A stretch of 61,049 nt of DNA, counting the filler. It is 11 parts of 11 records of this genome, joined end to end, with 100 filler letters (N's around TTAATTAATTAA, not from the genome) between each part and the next. Parts side by side here need not be neighbours in the genome. Positions count along the whole stretch, not along the records: positions 32,189 to 39,184 come from SRR7504441_20436; positions 39,285 to 45,976 come from SRR7504441_20457; 9 more parts are not named here. The stretch is one strand, 5' to 3'. The translations under genes and the position numbers were made by a program. The notes under the pieces were generated by a model. That model did not search any database, was not told where the DNA came from, and saw nothing but the letters and a program-made list of their open reading frames with translations. Shown here one piece after another: positions 35,175 through 46,076 of the stretch (its first letter is position 1; the number at the start of each line of letters is the position of its first letter).

Positions 35175-36109
35175 CTACTCGGCATCGTAGTCGTCGCTCC
35201 ACTCATTAGCAGCACTACATGAGGAGCCGTCCCTGTCCGTGAAGATAGTATCAAGATCATTGTTCACCGTGTAGATATAATTGCTGTACATATCAAGCGC
35301 CCCTTGGTGCCGTGCCTTGGTCCGGTCGCCACACCCGTCCTCAAACAACGACACGCGCATCCCGGCAGCGAAGGCCGACTGGCAGGTGAAGAGCACACAC
35401 ACCGAAGTGAGCATCCCACACACCACCACATGCTCCGTCCCAATGCTCCGCAAGTGCTGCTCCAAAAATGTGTTGTGGAATCCGTCCATCGCCGGCTTGC
35501 TGATCACCACCTCGCCCGTCGAGCTCTTGGCCCAGTCGCACGCGTTGATATCGTCGGGCAGCTTTTTCTCCGGGTTGAGTTTGAGAAAGTTCTCGGCGAA
35601 TTTGAATGAGTAATTGGCGCGTATGTGAACTACCTGCCCGGCCAGTGGGCCGCGGCTGCGGCGGCTGCGGGCACCTGGGCCGGACACAGCAGCTCTCGCC
35701 CCGCCGCGAGCAGCCGGGCGATGTTGGCCGGCAGCTGCGGGAAGTTGGCTTGCATGTCCTTGTTGAGATCCCAGTAAGCCGGCTGGCAGTCGACCACCAG
35801 CAGCGCTGTCTTGCGGCACGGAGTGACCGCTGTGTCCAGGTTGTGGTACGACGGCCACGATTTGAGCAGATTGCTCCGCGAGCCCGACCGCACCCGAGCG
35901 AGCGGAGCGCCGCGGAACGAGAGCTCTGGGGTCCGGCCCTCGCTCCGCCTGCGGGGCGGCTGTTCCGGCTCCGGCTCCAGTTCGGCGTTGCCGGGGCGGG
36001 CGGAGAGCCAGAAGAGGTGGGTGATCACGGACCCAGCCGCGGCCAGGCAGACCCCGCCCAGCACCAACAGCGGCGCGTGCTGCCGCACATCGTGGTTTGA
36101 CGTAGCCAT
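35175..36109 (-). CDS. Isochorismatase-family cysteine hydrolase with N-terminal membrane anchor
   Basis: TALLVVDCQ, SKPAMDGFHNT and VVVCGMLTSVCV give the D-K-C triad. One GT-AG intron near 35634-35674. Confidence 0.88.
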
Positions 36110-36571
36110 GTTAGTTAGCCCAAAGTCCGGTCAATCCTGACCACATATTTCGCGGAGGATGTAAAACAGCGGGTTGCCGCGTGCTATTTTAAATACAATA
36201 TGTACTCGTACAAGAAGTGTTCGATTCTATGCTTACACATTCATATTCGGCGGCTATGTCTAGATAACACGAATAAAGAGATACAATAGCATGCAAAGAC
36301 CCTGCACTGAGCCTAAGACTGATAAAACTCATATTTAAAAAGAGATCGAGTCTGGTTTCGCGGTTTAATTTGGGCCATCCTTGCACAGATTCTCGACCTG
36401 CGTCGACAACTAGATGCTTTTCGTAAGGATCACAAGCACGATGATCGTCCGGGAAGATCCCACGGGGCAGCGTGCGGCTCCTACGGCTCCTCGGTCGCTC
36501 TCCTCACCTCAACCTGTCATTTTGCCTGACATGAAGAGGCGCTGGTTTATTGACAAGGAAGCCGGTCGAGG

Positions 36572-37300
36572 ATGGTGAGCCTCCGGCTGCGAACCTAACG
36601 CCCCCGCCCGCCCCCCGCTACCCAGGCCTGGCGAGCCGGGCCTTGAGCGGCGGGGCGGGCCTCCACCGCCACCACCGCTGCCCTCCCTGCCTGCCGCCGG
36701 CCGGCCGTCGCTTGGCGTTTGCTGACAGGGCCGGTGACAGGCCACAGCCCGTCGCGAGGCGCGCGATGCGCTCGAGGCGGATAAGAAGAGCGAGGAAGAG
36801 GAGTTCCGGACTGGCCCGCTCTCCGTGCTCACTGAGGCGATGCGCGCCAATAGCCAGGTGCCGCGGCCCGGGGCCAGCCGGTGCGAGCCGGGCGGCAAGG
36901 TTCTGATCAACGTCCGGAACAACAAGAAGCTACTCGGCCGGATTAAGGCGTTCGACAGGCACTGCAACATGGTGCGTGCCACCCCACCCCGTCTGTGCCC
37001 ACCCTCTCCCCGCGGCCCGAATCGGGCGGGCGGGCGGGGGGGGAAGCGCGGCTGTGGCTCTGTGTCGTAGTAGAGCGAAGCGGGCGCTCGGTGCTGAGAG
37101 GGCGGGCCAGGTGCTGGAGAACGTGAAAGAGATGTGGACGGAGGTCCCCAAGGCGGGCAAGGGCAAGAAGAAGACCAAACCGGTGAGCAGCCGGCCGGGG
37201 CTGGCTGAGCCGACTTGGTTAGGTGAACAAGGATCGGTACATTAGCAAGATGTTCCTTAGGGGCGACTCAGTCATCTTGGTCCTCCGAAATCCGAAGTAA
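36572..37300 (+). CDS. SNRPD2: Small nuclear ribonucleoprotein Sm D2
   Basis: [49 protein letters not shown] and [22 protein letters not shown]. Introns 36575-36740, 36858-36899, 36972-37110, 37183-37222. Confidence 0.95.
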
Positions 37301-37633
37301 GCGGATATGCGGCCAGGGCCAGATGGTCATAGGGGAGGGGGTGTGGCGGTGGAATGGGGGTTGCTCACAGCAGCACAGTGCACTTAGCGCAGTACGGCCA
37401 GTCTAGCATTGTGCGGGTATCTGTCCCTGCTCGGCTTCAAGCATGCACGCCCACAATATCTGTTGGGGCGGCCGCTGTTTCATCAGCTGCACTCTCGCCG
37501 GTGTTGAACTAAGATTATAAATAAAACCAATGACATCGGAGTTCGGAGATGGAAATTGCTTTATTTCTTCATTTCTTTGCATCGCCGTTTGTTTACAGCT
37601 TATGTGGTTCCCCAGACTTGCCGATAAATGTAC

Positions 37634-38612
37634 CTATGCATTGACGTATGGTTGTATAACCGTAACTCTATTATTTGCGACCGTAACTCTAAGCTTAACC
37701 TCTCCGCGCGCTCTCCCTATCTGAATGGCTTGCCAACCTCCCACCCCCCCCGGCCACGCAGTAGCCTCTGCGGCCTCTCCTTGTATTCGCCGCCTCTCAT
37801 CCGCTCGTTGGGCTTGGATGTGTCGCTCATAAGCGGCCAGCCTCGCCATCCAGGCATCGGTGCTCCTCGCCCGGGCCTGCAACCCCCTGCTGATCGTCAG
37901 TCAAGCCCCGGCCGGCCGGTATACTTGCAGCTCATCGCAGCCCGCCCCAACGGCCCCACCCCGCTTCGGTCCCAACTCGGGAGCATGTTCAGCACCTTGT
38001 TGAGCAGTCGCCACTCCAACATCATCAGCCGCCCGCCCTGCAGCACCCAAATCCGCCCAACCGGCCCGTCGGCCGCACCCCGCACACCCCGATCGTGTCC
38101 GCCCACCTGAGCCTGGCCAGGACGGCCGAGCGCAGGCCCGGCGCGTCCAGGTAGTCGGCCGCTCGCGCCAGGGACTGCAGCTCCGACCGCGGCCGCGAGA
38201 GGAAGTCGAGCTCCCATCGCCCGCCAGCAGCCTGCAGCCGAGCTCAAGCCGCCTGACCGGCCCGGCGCCTGGTGCGGCGCGTTCTGCCAGAACTCCACTG
38301 CGGCCTGCAGCTGGGCGCCGTCCATCCCAGGGAGCGGGAGACTCTCAGGGTCGCACCCCTCCAGGACGCTAGCCAGCAGCCGGCTCTCACCCAGCACCGA
38401 CCGCGGCACGCGCACCTGCCGCTCCGGCTCCCCACCGGCTGGCTCTCTAAAGGGACCTCCGCCTGATCGCGGGTCTGGAGCAGCACTGAAGCGGCCGCCC
38501 GGCGGCAGGTCTGGCACCGGCGCTCCTGCGGCCCCAGCCGCCACTCCGACGGGCTGAACCGGTCCTTGGGCAGCCGCCGGCCACACCCGCTGCACCGACC
38601 GCTCGCCGGCAT
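37634..38612 (-). CDS. Stc1-like Cys4 zinc finger fused to SKP1-like POZ/dimerisation domain
   Basis: CSGCGRRLPKDRFSPSEW...RRCQTC, then SRLLASVLE..LPLPGMDGAQLQAAVEFW and WELDFL..LQSLARAADYLDAPGL. Includes a GC-AG intron at 38232-38268. Confidence 0.7.
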
Positions 38613-38721
38613 CACGCTGAGCTGCACGGAAGAGGCGTGGCACCGGTAGATTTCCGTTATTTATTTTATTATGACTATTCGGAGCTCCGGACAGCGCCTG
38701 AGCAGCACACCTGGGCGTATC

Positions 38722-39184
38722 ATGTCGGCCAAGGGCTCTGGGCTGTGGCAGGCCGCGGTCTCCGGGGAGCTGCACGACATCCGGCGGTACCTGCGCGCCG
38801 GCTCCGAGGCCAGACGGCCGGACATCAACGGTGGGGACCCCGCGCCGCCCGGCCGACAGGCGGCAGGCTGGACTGCACTGCACCACGCGGCGCACGCCGG
38901 CCGGAGGGATGCCGTCGAGCTGCTGCTCACCGAACGAGCGGCGGTGGACCAGACCGATCAGGCGCTCACTCGAACCGAGCGGCCGGCCAGCTGGGGGCAG
39001 CTGGGAGAGACGGCGCTCGACAAGGCGCTTTGGGCAGGGGCGGACCAGGTGGTGGCTGCGCTGCTCGATGCGGGCGCGGGGCCGGACCGGCGCGACTTGG
39101 TGGCACTGGTGCGCAGGCTGGGCGGACTAGGGGGGCAGAACAAGTGGACGGCGCTGCATAAAGCAGGGGTGGCGGACCTGGATG
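38722..39184 (+). CDS. Ankyrin-repeat protein, 3' partial
   Basis: GWTALHHAAHAG, GETALDKA and KWTALHKA. Short introns including GC-AG 38962-39000. Confidence 0.8.
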
Positions 39185-39284
39185 NNNNNNNNNNNNNNNN
39201 NNNNNNNNNNNNNNNNNNNNNNNNNNNNTTAATTAATTAANNNNNNNNNNNNNNNNNNNNNNNNNNNNNNNNNNNNNNNNNNNN
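39185..39284. other. Artificial contig linker
   Basis: 44N-TTAATTAATTAA-44N. Confidence 0.98.
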
Positions 39285-39517
39285 TCGCACTCTCCGTGAG
39301 CGGAAAGCATGGCCGAATTCCGACCGAGTACATCGTGAGCTATATAGCTACTGTATGATCGTATGAGTAGCACTCAGTAGCTACATGACGTCGAGTAGAA
39401 AGATCATTCGAATGATACAAAACTATACGGTCGGAGTGGTACATTAAAAGCAAGCACCTAAACCTGATTAATCAAAGAGTTTAGCCGACGCTCGAGCATG
39501 TAGTACTAATGTAGTAC

Positions 39518-42500
39518 TTACAATTTACTCGTTGGGGTTACTACATGTACCGGCAGTGCGTTGCCATTCGCATGCCGCGAGAGAAGCGCCTCTGAAAACA
39601 GATTTTTGAGCAGCAAGGGCAAGCCCTCGTTGTCGAGAACCAGGTGAGCCTTCCCGGCAGGCATGTTCAGCTTCATTTGCTCGGCAACTTCAGGCTCGCT
39701 TATGAAGACAACGTGCGAGTTTACAGCTGGGTTACTAGTCAAGGCTGCAGCCAAGGTCTCCGGCGACACACCGTACCCTTCGAGGTTAGCGTCGCTAATC
39801 AGAATCACCTGCAGCCCAATCAACAGTTGGCTACTAGTTGGCTACTCACAAAATAGTCATCGGCCTCCAGCAATGTGATGTCTCGGATGGCACGGATCCC
39901 GGCCGCGAGTGTATTGTCCCCGCTTTGGCACTGGGAAGCATGAGAAACCATCCTGCGGATCACAGACAACCGAGCCGCGCGATCCCGTGGCGGCGCATCG
40001 AACTGCACAAGCGGAAGCCACGCAGTCTCGCCACTGTGCCCGACCACTTGGTAGGCATACTTGTGCTGGAGGCCGTCCAGTGCCTCCATGATCATCACAA
40101 CAGCACCGCACAACCGATCTAGGCGCAGGTCACTATTAAACGCCGCCATAGAGCCCGACACATCCACGACAAACGACAGCCGCTTTGGGTGCCGCTGTGT
40201 CAACCGCGCTTCATCTTTGAGCCCTCGGCGCTTGTAGACCGTCTTCTCCCCAACGGCCAAGTCTGCAAGCATCGTGTCATCGAGCTCACCGGTCGTCTTG
40301 CGTCGCAGCCAGCCCCGTTCTCTCTCCTTAGCCTCGACCGCCTGGAGCACGGTCCGGAGCTGGTTCACTTCGCTTTGCACTGACGCCGCCAGCTCTTCGT
40401 ACTCGAACTCACTAGTTGCGTCAATCTGCAACTCGGCTCGCTCCGTTTCGACAGCCTGTGCCGCCAGCTGCCGCGCCCGTCTCAGCACCTTTTCCATCCC
40501 AACCCTGCTGGCTCGAGAGCCCCCTGACCCGCGAGTCCCCCGCTTGCCTTTGCCGCCCCCCCGTGACCCCGAGCCACCCTTCCCTTTTCGACCACGCCCT
40601 TCTCTTCCAGACTCTTCCTTCCGATTATCGCTTTGCTGCGTGGCTTCCGATTCTTCGTCGTCCTCATCGTCCTCATCGGCATCATCCTCGTCTGCATGCT
40701 CGGCCAGAGGCCTTATGAGCACGTCTTGCACCGCAAGCCTCTCGGCCCGGAGCTCCAAGACCCTCACATGAGCGTCCGCGAACAGGAGCGCTATTCGGCC
40801 GTCGTCCAACTCACATGCATCCAGACACCCAGGCATCCCGAGTTTCCGGGTCCGCTGTTGTGCTCCTCCCTTCACTACTTGAAGCGACCGGTCTGCTAGA
40901 TCGCCGCCAGTAGCATCATTGGCATCGCGGCCCTCCAGCCCAAGACCCGGAACCGAGCTGAGAGGAATCAACCGAAGCCCTCCAAAGTCGACATCGACCA
41001 CTTCCACAAGTACAATTCCCGATGATGCATTAAGCTTCGCACCCTTCCAGAATATGTTGACAACGCTGGCACATGCCTGGTTAAAAACGGCCAGGGAATG
41101 GGTCTCTTCGACAGTGTTTGAGGGGCCTGTGAGTTCCTTTACCGCCGTAAATGGGTCCAGCGGTCGACAGTACCCAAGAATGGTGGTTTTGGCCATCTCA
41201 GAGGCACCGTCAGGTCTGCGTGAGAAAGCAGCATATGCAGAGTCCAGTCGCCACACATGAGATGGCCCCAGTGGTGCACTGTTAGACGCGCCTGCCCTGA
41301 GAAGCATGAGATTATTCTGGATTAAGTTCAGGCTCATGCACAACTTAAACAGCGAGGAAGCGCATACGCCCATGGCGTCACAGTATAGTTGTAACCCCCA
41401 GAGTTGCCCGTCTCTAAGTGTGAGGAGCAGACGATCCTCACCCTGAACACTCACGCGGGCCAGGTTGAATGTCGGGCCAAGGCCCACACGAAGTACTTGG
41501 CCAGCGTTACACCCCGCAGCGACGATTTCACACCCTCCTTCGCAAAAGTAGACTGCATAATGAGATAATATTCTACCAGCGCACTGTATGCCTGTTCCGT
41601 CAGAAGGCCCGGAGGGAGGTTCAAGAGAATACGCTGTGATGACCCCATCTCGCGGCTGTATTTGGAGCAGCGCGAGGTTTCTGGTGTCATAGACGGTAAG
41701 ATGGTTGCCCATGCTAAGCATTGGCCGATTGGCAGTGTACCTAGCCTGCATCGCCAACGTAGGATGCACAGCCAGCGGCAACTCCCTATGCAAATTGGTG
41801 GCAAGGTCATGGACATGCAGTGCCATCTGGCTGGTGAGAACGCAAACACAGCCCTGGGCCACCTGCATGCAAAGCAGATCGCCCATCCATGCAGCTGTTT
41901 GCGAATCTGTCCCCTTCACTATAGAGTTATCCCTGGTCACAAACCCAAAACGCCACCATAGCTCTTCCTCTGATACCCTTTTGGCCCGACACGAGTGGAT
42001 TCTCAACCTCTGCCACTCGGCACCCGACGTCCCGACCGAGAACTGCATGTCAACTCCAGACTCCTGCGCGTCGAGGGTCGACCAACCTCGCCACCTAGCT
42101 CTTCCTCCTCTTCCAAACTCATGCAGCAGCGCGAGTCTAGACCGCTGCGTGTGTGCAACACTATCACTAAGACCGAGAGATGTGATCTCCCCCATGATCT
42201 TTGGGGCTGGCAGAGCGGATGATACTGCAAGGGCGCTCTCGCCGCTCGGAACAGTTGCACCTTGCATAGGAAACCCGTGCCGCTCAAAGGTGCTGATCAG
42301 AGTCTGCTTAAGCGATGCATCGAAGGAATCGAACCCAATCACATTAGACAGGACGTCATTGATCGGGTCCTTCGGGAACTTTGACAAATGCTTCACCAGA
42401 TTGACGAGCTCTCTAGTCGAGTATGGATACGCCAGCTGGCCAGTGTCTACAAGCTCCCTCAGCTCACCAAACGCTGAGGTGAGCATTGCAAGCAGCCGCC

Positions 42501-45066
42501 TTGGGAGCTCAGGCGCGTATCGGGCAAGCAGCTCAATCTCGGATTCCTGGTCTGGGTTCATAACCGCGTGACAGGCAAAGCAGTCTCCCATCTCTGCAAA
42601 GAAATTGTTGCCGAGAAACGGCCACCCAGGGCGATTAGCGAGCGCGACTACAACGAATCTGGTGTGAATCCTGATTGCGTCGGTGTCGGCCGAACCTGGC
42701 TGAGTCAAGAATCTGCGCCCATCTGCCAGCTCTATTTGGCCATCTTCGAGCAACCCCTTGAGCGCGATCACAACCTCTGTAGGCGCCTTGTCGAACTCAT
42801 CGATCACAAGCACCCGTCCGTGCAGCATGGACTTTACTAGCGGCGAGTCCTCGTAAACAACCACACCATCGTAGAGGGTCGGCGAAAGTAGCAGTGCCCC
42901 CACAGTGGTATCCCGGTGCAGTTGAATATACTCGCGCTCTCGCTCTAGAAGCATGAGCAGCCGATCTATAAGCTTGTTCTTCCCGACGCCCTGGTTCCCC
43001 ATCAGCAAAACGTGGTTGCCCGACTGAGCAAGGTCACGGAGCATGTCCTGCAGGACTATTTTGTGCTGTGGGTTCTCATAAAACAGCGTCGATGGCACCA
43101 GTTCCGGTCTCTCAGGCTTGAACACCGGATAGCTCACACGCCCAACTACAACTGTCGGATTATCAGAAGACCAATCCGCTTCACGAATGTCCACGTCCTC
43201 CCCCGCAGCTGCGCGCTGCGCACTCGAGGCGACACCCAGCCCAGCCGATTCGAGAACCGTCCTCACAGCGGCGCGCTGTGGCCGGGGCATGAAATCGGCC
43301 ATGAGTGACGCATACAGTGCAGTGCCGACATCGACCGGCCCAGCTTGGCCGCACCGAGCTGCCCTGAGCAACATGCGAATTGACAGACGCTGCTCGGCCG
43401 TCTCCGACCACAGCGGCGAGCCCATGTCCTCGGCTGATTGTTGTAAACCAAGGCGGGCCTTGACGAGTGCGCTGCGGACAAATGCTGGGCACTTGGGGAC
43501 CTCAGTTGCAATTATCTTCTCCAACTCGACTTCAGAAGGCGCACCCAACGTGAAAAAATGGAACAAGCTCAGTGCGTCGTGGTCCAGCCATCCGAGTGTT
43601 CGCTTCGCTGGCGTGGTGCCCAAGGCAAGCACTGCGAAGCTCTCGCCGATAGGTACAGCCTGGATCCCATCCATTCTCCGCAAGGCCTTAGCTGAGACAA
43701 ACAACGTTCCATCTCGGAGAGATGCTTGCCTATCCACTAACAGCTGCTGGAGCATGGAGAGCGTGCCAGGCGGCAATCGGTGCACCCCATCCAGCACACA
43801 GAGCCGTCCGTGCCGCATGGCAGTGGTCAGAGGCGACGGTCGATATACTGACTCTCCCGAGCTATCTATCGTTCGTTGAGTGAACAGTTCGGCCGCAGGC
43901 ATGTCGGCGTACATATAAAACCACTCGACTTGGCGGTGTCCGAGCACCCGGCCCATTGCCCGAGCAACGTGCGTCTTCCCCTCCCCTGCTGGGCCCAACA
44001 AGCACACGCTCCGCCCGATTGCCAGAGATTGCAGGAGCCCTGCCAGAGCCGCTGATTGCGCTCGAGTTAAGCCCGCCAATGCGCTTATCTCGCACTCAGC
44101 CTCGCCCGTGGGCACCACCACACCTGCTGCCTCCCCGAAGCGAAGCTGTGCCTTGCCCTGGCCGCAGCTGTGCACAGACCGCAGCGCTGGAGCCGCCGGC
44201 ACCTCGCCTAGATTACTGAGCAGCGCCACGGCTGCACGTGACAACCAGCCGCAGCGCTCCCACGGCAGAACCCGGTGCAGCGCGTCCAGCGGCGCCAGCC
44301 CTGGCAGCGCACGCACCAGTCGGCTTGCGCTTAGCAGGGAGTGCAGCCCGAGCGTGTGAGGATCCAGCTCTGCAAGTGCCTCGTACCAACATATCAACTG
44401 AGCCACGGCTGGACTCTGCAGCTCCAGCGCCGGGAGTGCCGACCGGAGCGAGGCAGGGCCGACCACTCGAGATTGGAACCGGGACCGCAGCGGCGGGTCC
44501 AACGGATTGCCTCGGAAGGGCGGGCAGGGCGCACCGCAGACCACTACCCGGAACTGCGGGTGGCAGCGCAGCAGACCAGGTCCGGGCTCGGCCAGGCGAT
44601 CGTACCGGGCGGCGGCGACGATGAACCGGCCGTCGTCCAGGGGCATCTCTCTGTTCTCGAGTAGGTTGTTCAGCGCAGGGAGAACGTTGCGCTCGGCCGC
44701 TTCCAGTCCCTCCAGCACTAGTACGCGGCCATGCAAGGCGGCACGGGTGGCTGGCTGGTCCACCCAGACCACCGCCCCGCCGCGCAGCTCACGCCGGGCC
44801 TTGAGGTCCGATTCGGACGTGTCTGGGCCGAGGCGGATATACTCGCACGCCCGGCCGGCGAGCTCGCAGAACCGGAAGGCCAGCCAGCGTTTGAGCGGAG
44901 ATGGCGGCCCGAGCAGGAAGATGTCCTGGTCTAGCGCGTCCTTCTGGGCCATCCAGGCCAGGTGGCGCACCGCCCATGGCGACCGTAGCACCGGCGACAG
45001 CTCGGTCGCGTCGGTGCTCGGTGCGTGCATCTCAGAAACTAACGGAACTCTGGCAGGCCTCATCAT
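39518..45066 (-). CDS. VWA8: von Willebrand factor A domain-containing protein 8 (triple AAA_5 + vWA)
   Basis: WMAQKDALDQDIFLLGPP, AERNVLPALNNLLENREM, LMGNQGVGKNKLIDR, EYIQLHRDTTV, YPYSTRELVN, PKRLSFVVDVSGSM and SGDNTL. One intron near the 3' end. Confidence 0.95.
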
Positions 45067-45135
45067 CACTGAGTCATCAGCAGGTGGTCGCAGTCAGGGG
45101 CAGCGTTCATCCGCTGAGCGCGACTGCTCAGTGCC

Positions 45136-45976
45136 ATGGGCAACCTTGTGGGCCGTAAGAAGGAGCAAGCCCGGCTGGTCTTCGTGGGCCTCGACGCTGC
45201 CGGCAAGAGCACCATGTTTTGTGCCCCCAGGCTGCGGCGGGCGCTGAGTGCCTGCACAGATCGGCTGAACCTGGGTGAGGTGGTCACCACCATCCCGACC
45301 AGTAGCCCGCCGGCACGGGCGCGGCCGAGCTTGGCTGGCCAGTTGGGATGAATGTAGAGACTGTCGAGTTCAGCACGCCGAACCGTGACGTTGAGTTCAT
45401 CTGTGCCGGGCCCTGCAGCGCCGCGGCTGAGGGCGCGGCAGCGTGGGACCTCGGGGGCAAAGACAAGATCCGGCCTCTCTGGCGGCACTACTATCAGGGG
45501 TGCCCCTCCGTGCCCGGGGGGCGGCTGAGGCTAGGTAGGACGAATATGCTCGTTTATGTGGTGGATTCAACCGACAGAGACAGGATGCCCGAAGCGGGCG
45601 AGGTTTGCCGCAGCCGGACGAGGCTGACTGCCGGGCCAGGAGCTGTGCCGGATGCTGGCCGAGAAGGAGCTGGCCGAGGCCCCGCTGGTTGTGTTAGCCA
45701 ACAAGCAGGATCTGCCACGGGCGATGCCGGCGGCGGAGGTGAGTCAAGCACTGGGGCTGGAGGAGCGGGTGGTGCACGACTGGACCGCAGCGGGCTGGGC
45801 GGCATTCGTGCTAGGCACGGCCGATCGAGCCAGCCCGGTGTTTGCTATGAAAGGTAATCTTCAATTGTTGCACTACCTATGGAGGTGCCAGCGGGCTTGG
45901 TGGCGGGGATTGGGGGTCAGGATGGTGCAGCCGTTAGAGTGGGAGGAGGTCAGGCCGAAGCTGGTTGACCGGCACT
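45136..45976 (+). CDS. ADP-ribosylation factor (Arf)-like GTPase; 3' end unresolved
   Basis: MG start, [48 protein letters not shown] and LANKQDLP. At least five GT-AG introns of about 37-41 nt. Confidence 0.9.
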
Positions 45977-46076
45977 NNNNNNNNNNNNNNNNNNNNNNNN
46001 NNNNNNNNNNNNNNNNNNNNTTAATTAATTAANNNNNNNNNNNNNNNNNNNNNNNNNNNNNNNNNNNNNNNNNNNN
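45977..46076. other. Artificial contig linker
   Basis: 44N-TTAATTAATTAA-44N. Confidence 0.98.
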
